The notes beneath the pieces are model-generated. The model worked only from the letters and a program-made list of their open reading frames with translations, was not told the DNA's origin and made no database searches. Made by a program: the position numbers and the translations under genes. Source: an uncultured Spirochaetota bacterium (GTDB taxonomy: Bacteria > Spirochaetota > UBA4802 > UBA5550). From it: a DNA stretch of 64,000 bases. Shown piece after piece: positions 20,627-29,009 of the stretch (the stretch's first letter is position 1; every line of letters begins with the position of its first letter). Location: assembly GCA_937872225.1 (NCBI GenBank), contig CALMRZ010000066.1, forward strand, positions 61 to 64,060. Direction: 5' to 3'.

Positions 20627-21157
20627 ATGATACATAAGAAGGTAGAAGATGCTATCAACAGCCAGGTCAATGCGGAGCAGTATTCAGCATACCTGTATCT
20701 GTCCATGTCGGCTTATTTCCAGAACAAGGGCCTGAAGGGCTTTGCCCACTGGATGGAGGTTCAGGCTGCCGAGGAATTCGCCCATTCAAGAAAATTCTAT
20801 CGTTATCTCTTTGACAGGGGCGGGAGGGTCATGCTTAAGGCTATTGACGCTCCCCCGACGGAATGGAAATCACCCGAGCATGTATTCGAGGAGATATACA
20901 GGCACGAGCAGAAGGTGACGGGCCTCATCAATGACCTTGTCAACCTTTCCATTTCCGAAAAGGATCACGCGACGAACAACATGCTGCAGTGGTTCGTGGC
21001 AAAACAGGTTGAGGAAGAGGCATCGGCTCTTGAGATACTTGACGAGCTCAAGCTGATAGCCAACGACGGCAACGGTCTCCTGATGAAAGACCGCGAACTC
21101 GGTCAGCGTGCACTCAACCTTTTGCTTTACACCGGACTTGCGGGCCAGGGCGCCTGA
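20627..21157 (+). CDS. ftn: Non-heme ferritin.
   Basis: 176 aa. Ferritin ferroxidase-centre residues (E...ExxH ... E). Confidence 0.8.
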   Translation: MIHKKVEDAINSQVNAEQYSAYLYLSMSAYFQNKGLKGFAHWMEVQAAEEFAHSRKFYRYLFDRGGRVMLKAIDAPPTEWKSPEHVFEEIYRHEQKVTGLINDLVNLSISEKDHATNNMLQWFVAKQVEEEASALEILDELKLIANDGNGLLMKDRELGQRALNLLLYTGLAGQGA

Positions 21158-21231
21158 TCTGACCGGCATGATGCCGGATATGAAATATGCACGGGCGTCA
21201 CCGCCCTGCAATCAACATCCAGGAGAAAAGA

Positions 21232-21807
21232 ATGAAAAGTTTAAAGGGCACCAAAACAGAAAAAAATCTTCTTGCTTCCTTCGCCGGCGAATCGCAGGCG
21301 CGGAACAGGTACACCTTCTTCGCGTCACAGGCAAAGAAAGAAGGGTATGAGCAGATCGCGGCGATTTTCCTTGAAACCGCCGATAACGAGAAAGAGCACG
21401 CGAAGCGCTTTTTCAAGTTCCTTGAAGGCGGCGTTGTCGAAATAACGGCCTCCTATCCTGCCGGCGTCATAGGCGACACCGTCGATAACCTGAAGGCTGC
21501 CGCCGAGGGCGAAAACGAGGAGCACACCAAGCTCTATCCCTCTTTCGCCGACATAGCCGAACAGGAAGGCTTCAAGGAAATAGCCGTTGCCTGGCGTAAA
21601 ATAGCCGAAGTTGAAAAACATCATGAAGAACGGTATCTTGCCCTCATGAACAACATCAAGGACGGATCTGTGTTCAAGAAAAAGCAGAAAACAAAATGGA
21701 AATGCCGCAATTGCGGGTACATACATGAAGGTGACAGCGCCCCCGAAACCTGCCCGACATGCCTCCACCCGAAGTCATATTTCGAGGTACTTGCGGATAA
21801 TTTTTAA
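21232..21807 (+). CDS. rbr: Rubrerythrin (diiron domain + C-terminal rubredoxin-like domain).
   Basis: GESQARNRY...EKEH diiron motifs. C-terminal CRNCGY...CPTC. AGGAGAAAAG RBS before the ATG at 21232. Confidence 0.85.
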   Translation: MKSLKGTKTEKNLLASFAGESQARNRYTFFASQAKKEGYEQIAAIFLETADNEKEHAKRFFKFLEGGVVEITASYPAGVIGDTVDNLKAAAEGENEEHTKLYPSFADIAEQEGFKEIAVAWRKIAEVEKHHEERYLALMNNIKDGSVFKKKQKTKWKCRNCGYIHEGDSAPETCPTCLHPKSYFEVLADNF

Positions 21808-21836
21808 GCCGGGTCTAAAACAACTGATAATTGAAA

Positions 21837-21863
21837 GCGGCATGTTGCAATGCCGCTTTTTTT
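21837..21863. terminator. Intrinsic terminator, positioned to serve both the rbr operon and the convergent selenoprotein gene.
   Basis: GCGGCAT-gttgca-ATGCCGC stem-loop followed by TTTTTTT. Confidence 0.6.
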
Positions 21864-21889
21864 ATCATGAGATTACGTAAGCAACCGTT

Positions 21890-22192
21890 TCAGCAAGTTT
21901 TGAGACCTTCAAGGACAAAACCGGATCCATAGTTCGATTCAATATAGTTAACTGTCAAGGCAGGTATGCTTTCCAGAAAGCCTGAAACACGCTCATCAAC
22001 AATAATTGATATATCATCACTTTCAACGATCTGGTCGCTGCAGTTTTCCAGCTCATCCAGAGCCAGTCCCAATCTGGGTCCGCCTCATCCAAAACCGGAA
22101 AAAACGACCCTCAGAGCCGGTTTGTTAAATTCAGATTCAGCAAGTGCCTTATGAAGTTTTGCGCGGGCATTTGGAGTAATTTTAATGTTCAC
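21890..22192 (-). CDS. HesB/IscA-like selenoprotein (100 aa). The in-frame TGA at complement(22085..22087) is read as selenocysteine.
   Basis: GTG start at 22192-22190 with AGGGAG RBS 6 nt upstream. The N-terminal 35 aa (VNIKITPNARAKLHKALAESEFNKPALRVVFSGFG) and the post-TGA part (GGPRLGLALDE...ISIIVDERVSGFLES...) both align to IscA. The TGA sits exactly where IscA has its cluster-ligand Cys (GCSG vs G-U-GG). The ORF track shows only the C-terminal 60-aa TTG-initiated fragment. Confidence 0.7.
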
Positions 22193-22298
22193 AGTATTCT
22201 CCCTAACACAAGATTAATTAGAAATTACTAATTTTCTCAATTATTGTCAACCTGATGTTACAGTATTTTAGAATTTTCTATATATTTTTTCTTTATCA

Positions 22299-22327
22299 TT
22301 GACGATTGAAAAATAATTTGCTATGTA
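22299..22327 (+). promoter_or_regulatory. Sigma70-like promoter for the CoADR/NADH-oxidase gene.
   Basis: TTGACG - 17 nt - TATGTA, 55 nt upstream of the ATG at 22383. Confidence 0.4.
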
Positions 22328-22382
22328 TTATTAAATAGCATTCGATTATCCATCATATACACGAATTTAGGGCGGGTTTGAT

Positions 22383-23738
22383 ATGAAAAAATATGATATT
22401 ATCGTAATCGGCGGCGACGCGGCGGGAATGAGCGCCGCGTCGCAGGCCAGAAGAATAAATAGCCGTTTATCAATTACTGTTCTGGAAAAAGGCCGGCATG
22501 TTTCCTACGCCGCGTGTGGATTGCCGTACTTTATTGCAGACGAAGTGACGGAATCGGAAAACCTGATAGCCATTGATGTCAATGAATTCATTGCCAAGCG
22601 TAACATTGAAATTCGCATGAACACAGAGGTTCTGTCCGTCGATTTTTCCGGCAAAATTGTAACTGCGCAATCATCCGGTGAGACAATTCAGCTGTCTTAT
22701 GATATTCTTGTCATTGCCACCGGGGCGCGCGCCATTGTCCCCCCCATCGAGGGAATTGAAACTCCCGGTATTTTCTATTTGAGGAACCTTGACCATGGCA
22801 TACAGATAAAGGATTACATTGCCAGACGCGGTCCTGGTTCCGGCATCATTATAGGTGGCGGTTTTATAGGCCTTGAAATGGCCGAAGCGCTCCGGAAAAA
22901 ATCGATAGACGTCACCATCATTGAAAAATTCAATTCAGTGGCCATGCCGCTGTCGCCGGAAATACGGGAAATCATCGCGCGCACCCTTCATGACAACCGT
23001 GTCAAGGTGCATACCTCGGCCGCGATACATAAAATCGAAAAAACCGGCGATGGCATCTCCGTCATCACCGATGGTGAGGTTCACAGGGCGGATTTTGTCA
23101 TTGCTTCGGCAGGGATACTTCCAGCCACTGATTTTCTCAGGGGCTCCGGCATTCTCATGAATGACCGCGGAGCCATCGTTGTTGATGAAAAATCTATGAC
23201 CAATATCCCCGGCGTCTTTGCCGCCGGTGACTGCGCAACGGTCAAAAATCTGATAACCGGAAATGACGTGTATTTCCCCCTGGGGACCATTGCCAACAAG
23301 CAGGGCCGGGTTGCCGGCCTCCAGGCGGCCGGCGTGGCGGGTGAAGTGTTTCGGGGCACTGTCGGATCACAGCTGGTTAAAGTTTTTGAACTTGAAGTCG
23401 GCAAAACGGGGCTGAACTCCGAGGACGCCGCGCGGAACGAGATACGGGCTGATTCGGCAACAGTCCTCTGGAGGTCAAGGGCCTCATACTATCCGTCATC
23501 ACGCGACCTGACCATCAACCTGACCATCAACGCGGATACGGGCGAGCTGATCGGCGGCGAGGTTGCCGGCACGGACGGCGCCGCTTTGAGGACCAATGTA
23601 ATAGCCGCAGCAGTCACCGCCAGGATGAAGATTGAGGATGTCGCCTACCTGGACCTCGGCTACGCCCCGCCCTTTTCACCGGTATGGGACCCGGTGAACG
23701 CCGCCGCGCAGAAGCTGTCGAAGCGGAAACACGGCTAG
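22383..23738 (+). CDS. CoA-disulfide reductase / NADH oxidase family flavoprotein (no rhodanese domain).
   Basis: GGDAAG FAD motif. Redox-active Cys in SYAACGLPY. Second Rossmann GGGFIGLE. Confidence 0.75.
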   Translation: MKKYDIIVIGGDAAGMSAASQARRINSRLSITVLEKGRHVSYAACGLPYFIADEVTESENLIAIDVNEFIAKRNIEIRMNTEVLSVDFSGKIVTAQSSGETIQLSYDILVIATGARAIVPPIEGIETPGIFYLRNLDHGIQIKDYIARRGPGSGIIIGGGFIGLEMAEALRKKSIDVTIIEKFNSVAMPLSPEIREIIARTLHDNRVKVHTSAAIHKIEKTGDGISVITDGEVHRADFVIASAGILPATDFLRGSGILMNDRGAIVVDEKSMTNIPGVFAAGDCATVKNLITGNDVYFPLGTIANKQGRVAGLQAAGVAGEVFRGTVGSQLVKVFELEVGKTGLNSEDAARNEIRADSATVLWRSRASYYPSSRDLTINLTINADTGELIGGEVAGTDGAALRTNVIAAAVTARMKIEDVAYLDLGYAPPFSPVWDPVNAAAQKLSKRKHG

Positions 23739-24688
23739 ATCCCGAGTCCGCCGCCGAAATAATTTTCTTCGGCCCTGGACTGCATGACGTGTGAACCGGG
23801 GGCAACGTCCCGGGTTAGCCACACGTTGCCGCCTATCTCTGCGCCCTTCCCGATGGTAACCCTCCCCAGGATGGTGGCCCCCGAATAGATAATGACATCA
23901 TCTTCAACGATTGGATGGCGCGGAATGCCCTTGATGGGGCTCCCCGACGCGTCCAGGGGGAAGCTCTTGGCCCCCAGGGTGACGCCCTGGTAAATCCGCA
24001 CATTCTTCCCTATGACCGCTGTTTCCCCTATGACGGTGCCGGTCCCGTGGTCAATGAAAAATGATTCCCCTATCTCCGCTCCCGGATGTATGTCAATTCC
24101 TGTCTCCGAATGGGCCATTTCGGATATGATCCTCGGAATCAGGGGGACATCGAGGCAGTATAGCTCATGGGCAATGCGGTGGTTGGCCAGGGCAGACAGG
24201 CTGGGATAGCAGAAGATCGTCTCCCCCACACCTTTTGCCGCGGGGTCTCCGCGGTACGCCGCCTGCGCGTCAAGGGTCAGCAGACGCCTGAGGCGCGGCA
24301 GGGCCGTCAGGAATTTCTTTGATACATCCTTCGATTTCCTTTCGCAATCCTCGCATTCGTGGCCAGTTTCCCCGGCTTCGGCGCATGAAAAACAGAAACC
24401 GCGCTTCACCTGTTCGCCCAGGTTGCGGTACGCTATATCTATCGATGATCCGATATAATATTTCATGGTTTCGGGCTTCACGTCTGAGTTGACAAAGTAG
24501 CCAGGGAACAGGATCGACTTGACCAGGTCGACGAATTCCCTGAGACTGTCCACCGACGGCATGGGAAAATCATGATAAGTCCGGTGATATACCGACTGGT
24601 ATGACTCCGGCCTGCAGAGCTCGCCGACGATCTCGCTGAAGAAATCATCAGACAGACGGTCATTGATGGCGCCAATGCCACATTTCAT
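23735..24688 (-). CDS. cysE: Serine O-acetyltransferase (long form with Cys-rich N-terminal extension).
   Basis: C-terminal left-handed beta-helix hexapeptide repeats (DIHPGAEIG...IGKNVRIYQGVTLG). N-terminal roughly 140 aa with CFSCAEAGETGHECEDC. Confidence 0.75.
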   Translation of the reverse strand: MKCGIGAINDRLSDDFFSEIVGELCRPESYQSVYHRTYHDFPMPSVDSLREFVDLVKSILFPGYFVNSDVKPETMKYYIGSSIDIAYRNLGEQVKRGFCFSCAEAGETGHECEDCERKSKDVSKKFLTALPRLRRLLTLDAQAAYRGDPAAKGVGETIFCYPSLSALANHRIAHELYCLDVPLIPRIISEMAHSETGIDIHPGAEIGESFFIDHGTGTVIGETAVIGKNVRIYQGVTLGAKSFPLDASGSPIKGIPRHPIVEDDVIIYSGATILGRVTIGKGAEIGGNVWLTRDVAPGSHVMQSRAEENYFGGGLGI

Positions 24689-24801
24689 GTCATCCTCCGG
24701 AATCGTTAATATGATTAATTACATATATCTGCTGGCAATAATGTCAAGCAGTTCAGGCGGGATTCTAATCGGCGTTGCCGGTCTGGAGGTCAATCAGCGC
24801 A

Positions 24802-25719
24802 TCAGGGCGGGCAAATGGCGCACACGGACCTGAATACTTCAGTTGAGAGGTAGCGGTCGCCGCGGTCAGGGAAAAGAACGACAACGGTGGATCCCCGGGA
24901 CAGATCTTTCGCGACGGTCATGGCGCCCCACAGGGCCGCTCCGCTGGACATGCCGCAGAAAAGACCTTCCTGGAGCGCGAGATTGCGTGTCGTATCAAAG
25001 GCGTCATCATCAGTGCACTCAAGCTTCAGGTCGAGAAGAGAGGGATCATAGATTGCCGGAACGATCGATTCATTCATGTTCTTAAGACCCTGGATACGGT
25101 GATTGAGGGTCGGCTCGACGCCGACGACCCTGGTTCGGGGATTGTGCTCCCTGAAATACCTCGAACACCCCATGAGGGTCCCCGTGGTGCCCATCCCTGC
25201 CACAAAAAAGTCCACCTCCCCTTTTGTGTCCCTGATGATCTCAGGGGCGGTTGTCTCATAATGGGCCAGCCAGTTTGCCGGATTTCCAAACTGGTTCGGC
25301 ATGTAGTATTGCTCGTGGAAATGATCGATGATATGATGGGCCCGGGTTATGGCGCCGTCTGTTTTGTCGCAGCCCGGCGTCAGCTCGAGCTCCGCTCCCA
25401 TGGCGATGAGGATCGACCGGCGCTCCTCGCTTACGCACGCCGGCATGGTCAGCTTGATCCGGTAACCCATGGCGGAAGCTATCATGGCCATGCCGATGCC
25501 GGTATTCCCCGACGTCGGCTCGAGAATCACCTTGTCCTTCGTCAGTTCGCCGGATTCAATCGCTTTCTTGATCATGTAATACGCGGGACGGTCCTTTACT
25601 GAACCGCCGGGATTCGCGCCTTCAAGCTTTGCCAGAATCCTAACGCCGGACTTATCGGCGTCCCAAATCCTGCTCATTCCAACCAGCGGGGTGTTTCCTA
25701 TTGCTTCAAGAACGCTTAT
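24802..25719 (-). CDS. cysK: Cysteine synthase A (O-acetylserine sulfhydrylase), probably initiating at a non-canonical ATA at 25717-25719. The track ORF starts at the internal ATG 25677.
   Basis: PLP-fold motifs (SVKDR, TSGNTGIGMA). The conserved N-terminal IGNTPLV motif is encoded in-frame upstream of the first ATG. GGAGG lies 6 nt upstream of ATA. An in-frame TGA sits 5 codons further up. Confidence 0.7.
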   Translation of the reverse strand: MSVLEAIGNTPLVGMSRIWDADKSGVRILAKLEGANPGGSVKDRPAYYMIKKAIESGELTKDKVILEPTSGNTGIGMAMIASAMGYRIKLTMPACVSEERRSILIAMGAELELTPGCDKTDGAITRAHHIIDHFHEQYYMPNQFGNPANWLAHYETTAPEIIRDTKGEVDFFVAGMGTTGTLMGCSRYFREHNPRTRVVGVEPTLNHRIQGLKNMNESIVPAIYDPSLLDLKLECTDDDAFDTTRNLALQEGLFCGMSSGAALWGAMTVAKDLSRGSTVVVLFPDRGDRYLSTEVFRSVCAICPP

Positions 25720-25930
25720 GACGTGCCTCCGGATTCAAATGTTGAGTTATGTTAGATTTTTTCACATCACTATTTGCAAGTAATTTTTTCATTAAGATTC
25801 AAATTATTGCATCATGTGTTTCGCGTATTGAAACATGGGACCTTGAAATTACTACCGGCATTACATTTTTCAGTTATATGGTATTCCGTCCTAGAGCAGT
25901 GAACCCTAGGGGCCTCTAATGCAATTATAA

Positions 25931-25948
25931 GATTAACAATTGTTAATC
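25931..25948. promoter_or_regulatory. Perfect 18-bp palindrome GATTAACAATTGTTAATC (candidate operator), with a TATAAT at 25969-25974.
   Basis: Read directly. It lies in the roughly 900-bp ORF-poor, AT-rich cysK upstream region. It shares the AACAATTGTT core with sites upstream of fprA and rub. Confidence 0.4.
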
Positions 25949-26626
25949 TATCGGCGGATTTTATTAACTATAATCAAGATGAATATAAAAAAATAAGAAA
26001 AATAAACTGGATGGGGTGCCCCATGATTAAAAGCAATGATTCAGTGCATGCCATCCCCAGGAGAAATTCCATTCGACAGAAAGGAATAGCCGCGTCCTTT
26101 GTTGCCGCTCCGAATCTTCCAGTATGTTTATCAGCCATAATACAGAACGTCACCCGGATAGATTATTCACGGGATGTGATCGTCGGGAATCGCCATGTCA
26201 TAGACGTTATAAGCGGCAGGAAAAAAGCCGGATCAGCGATCCATGACCTTGGCCTTCTCCGTGGACACCGTCGACCTGCGCGGCACATGGCGTTCCAGAA
26301 GCGTCAGTTCGCCATCGCCGCCCAGTATGGGATTACGACATACGGCTTATCGCTCTCCGGATTTCGTTTTGAAAGAAGGCGGAATTATAATCAGCAGGAA
26401 GTCCCGCCGGTCACACAGAATCTGACAGTGTCAACCGCTGACAGGCCGCGCGACAACGCGTTTCGGGTTTCCGTGTCAACATGCAACTTGCCGATGACCG
26501 GTCAGTTTTTTGGTCGGACGTCCAATTATTTTTTTTGTCAGCCGTCGTTTGTGCTTGACACGACGGCAAAAAATAATCCGTAATAGGGAATCATCGGTTG
26601 TAACGCATATTTTTGAGGAAAGAGGC

Positions 26627-27241
26627 ATGATGGACAGATCAAGCGCCTTCAGACGGCTGATACTGACGCATCTAGCGATCACATTAATTTGTGAATTGTC
26701 AGCGATCGCCGTCACATTAATACTTGCCGAACAGGCCAAGATTAAAACCGTCGGCCTCACCGCCATCGGCATTTTTATCGCCATATCACTCGTCACTATC
26801 ATCACGAACCTGCTGCTTGTCGCGAGGTTTAAATCCGCTTTTTATCCAAAGACCGATGACGCCGTAATCGACGAAGCCACGAAGAAAAAACTCCAGCACT
26901 ACATGACGAAGCTTTACATTATGGCCCTTGCCATCTTCGGGCTTGCCCCTGCATGTTACATGGTCATCCAGACCATCAAAGGCATGCCCGCTTCCATGGG
27001 GAATATAGCGGTGGGCAACTTCTGCCTCGTTGCCATCGCCGTCATCACGGGAAACCTGTATTACACGTACCTGTACCCCATAATAGTGAAGGTCCTCTTC
27101 AGTTATAAAATCCAGTTTAAAAGGATCAAGCTGAAGCATAAAATTGTTTTGCCGATCATGAACATGCTTCTTATCCTGCTGATTATCCTATCCCTCTATG
27201 CCTATGAGACGGCCCTGGGTCTTTTTCAACCGGCGACCTAG
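26627..27241 (+). CDS. Integral membrane protein (about 5 TM), in the same frame as the downstream MCP and separated from it by a single TAG.
   Basis: GAGGAAAGAGG RBS before ATGATG at 26627. Five hydrophobic helices. No soluble domain. Confidence 0.6.
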   Translation: MMDRSSAFRRLILTHLAITLICELSAIAVTLILAEQAKIKTVGLTAIGIFIAISLVTIITNLLLVARFKSAFYPKTDDAVIDEATKKKLQHYMTKLYIMALAIFGLAPACYMVIQTIKGMPASMGNIAVGNFCLVAIAVITGNLYYTYLYPIIVKVLFSYKIQFKRIKLKHKIVLPIMNMLLILLIILSLYAYETALGLFQPAT

Positions 27242-27247
27242 AACAAC

Positions 27248-28804
27248 ATGTTGCTGACCTTTAAGACAAAGATCCTTACGCTCCAGCGGGAATACCGCGA
27301 CGCTCCGGATATCGACAAGGCCGAGTTTCTCATCGGCAGGCTAACAAAAGACAATGTGTTAAATAAAAATTTTTATTTCGTCCTTGACAGTTCCGGCATC
27401 ATTGCTGAATCCAGCTTCAAGGATACAATCGGTAAAAACGCCCTTACCGATATAGAAAAAGACTGGAAAACCACTGACTTTTTCGCTTCGAACATCAAGA
27501 AGCTCTTGGCCGGACAGCAGGGCGTCTGCGATATCTTTTACGAACGCCGGATATATTATTCATACTATTCTCCTCTGCCCGGCACCGATCTCTATATCCT
27601 GACGGGTGAAGTTTCCCGGTCATTCTTCCAGCCCACCAACAATCTCGCTGTATTCATGGTCCTCATCGGCATTGTCTTCGTCATAGGGATAACCATGTAT
27701 TCGCTTTACACGGCGACACGAAAATTCGCCACCCTTGACGAAGTGTCCTCATTTTTAATCAAACTCTCCGAGGGGGAGCTTATCGCGACAAGGATATCCG
27801 GCACCTATGAGGTAGGCGACGAGATCGGCGACATGGTAAAGGCCGTTGAAAATGTCGCCTATATCTTCAGGGGCATTTCGGTCAACCTCAAGGGAGCTTC
27901 GGCGGACCTCAATGAGATGGCCCAAACGGTATCCGCCACCAGCCAGGTCATATCAGACGATGCGCGCATCCAGGCCAGCACCATAGAGGAGTTTTCAGCG
28001 TCAGTCGAAGAGATCACCTCTTCAATAGAACTCATCGCTGAAAACATCAAAAAACAGTATGAGAAAACGCAGGGTGTCTTTGACGCGATCCGTCATTTCA
28101 AGGAATCGATGGAGCAGATCGCCCTTAAAACCGACCGGGCTGAAGAAATCGCCGAACAGTCCTATGCAAGCGTGACGGACATTGAATCGAAGCTGAAAAC
28201 CACCGTTGACGGCATCAAGGCCATAGGGGAAAGCTCGAACAAGGTGGCGGAAACCCTTTCGGTTATCCAGGATATATCTGACCAGATAAACCTGCTGTCG
28301 CTCAACGCGTCCATCGAGGCGGCCCGAGCCGGCGACGCGGGAAGGGGGTTCGCCGTTGTCGCCGACGAGGTGGGCAAGCTTGCCGACAAGACCAGCTCAG
28401 AGGCGAAGGAAATCGAGCGGCTCGTCCAGGAGAGCAACCGACGGGTCCAGGAAGGCGTTTCGTTCATCTCGAACATATCGGACTCCATTCAAAAAATGAC
28501 GTCGTCCGTCCGGAACACCTCTGATATCATCGTCAGCATAGCATACAACTCCAAATCATTCATGGAGACGGCCCATGCTGTTTTCAAGGAAGTCAGCGCC
28601 CTCACCGATCTTTCCAATGAGAACGCGGTGGCCTCCGACGAACAGCTCCACACGGCCAAGGAGGTGCTGGGAGCCATAGACCAGATGAACGGCGCGATCC
28701 AAAAAACGGCGGACAGCATAAACCAGTTTGTGCATATAATTGACAAACTTACCGGCTATTCCAGAAAAATCTCCGAGACTTTATCGGCGATAAAAACCGA
28801 GTGA
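27248..28804 (+). CDS. Methyl-accepting chemotaxis protein (putative periplasmic sensor domain + TM + signalling domain).
   Basis: [34 protein letters not shown] highly conserved MCP signalling motif. One TM at about residue 135. No N-terminal TM or signal peptide of its own. Confidence 0.8.
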   Translation: MLLTFKTKILTLQREYRDAPDIDKAEFLIGRLTKDNVLNKNFYFVLDSSGIIAESSFKDTIGKNALTDIEKDWKTTDFFASNIKKLLAGQQGVCDIFYERRIYYSYYSPLPGTDLYILTGEVSRSFFQPTNNLAVFMVLIGIVFVIGITMYSLYTATRKFATLDEVSSFLIKLSEGELIATRISGTYEVGDEIGDMVKAVENVAYIFRGISVNLKGASADLNEMAQTVSATSQVISDDARIQASTIEEFSASVEEITSSIELIAENIKKQYEKTQGVFDAIRHFKESMEQIALKTDRAEEIAEQSYASVTDIESKLKTTVDGIKAIGESSNKVAETLSVIQDISDQINLLSLNASIEAARAGDAGRGFAVVADEVGKLADKTSSEAKEIERLVQESNRRVQEGVSFISNISDSIQKMTSSVRNTSDIIVSIAYNSKSFMETAHAVFKEVSALTDLSNENAVASDEQLHTAKEVLGAIDQMNGAIQKTADSINQFVHIIDKLTGYSRKISETLSAIKTE

Positions 28805-29009
28805 TCCAGGTCCTCCCGGTATCAATAATTATTCTGTTCCGGCGTTTCCATTCAAAACAATGATACTCCTGACGTTCATCATCATTTTTTTCACTTGATT
28901 TCCTGGACCGCGCAATAATAGTTACCCCAATTACAGCGGTCAACTGATGGCATCGCTGTCATTCAGCTTTTTCACGAAATATTTTTCATCGGGTGCGAGG
29001 ATCATTATC

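Noticed and set aside
20216-20635. 139-aa minus-strand ORF.
   Set aside because: Antisense to desulfoferrodoxin, which has strong motifs. Spurious.
25698-25700. In-frame TGA upstream of cysK, considered as a possible selenocysteine.
   Set aside because: The frame upstream of it closes again after 4 codons with TAA, and the upstream sequence has no homology. It is a true stop, unlike the TGA in the HesB-like gene.
26011-26583. 190-aa plus-strand ORF in the cysK upstream region.
   Set aside because: Arg-rich, low-complexity translation. No RBS and no recognisable motif. Kept only as part of the ORF-poor region finding.
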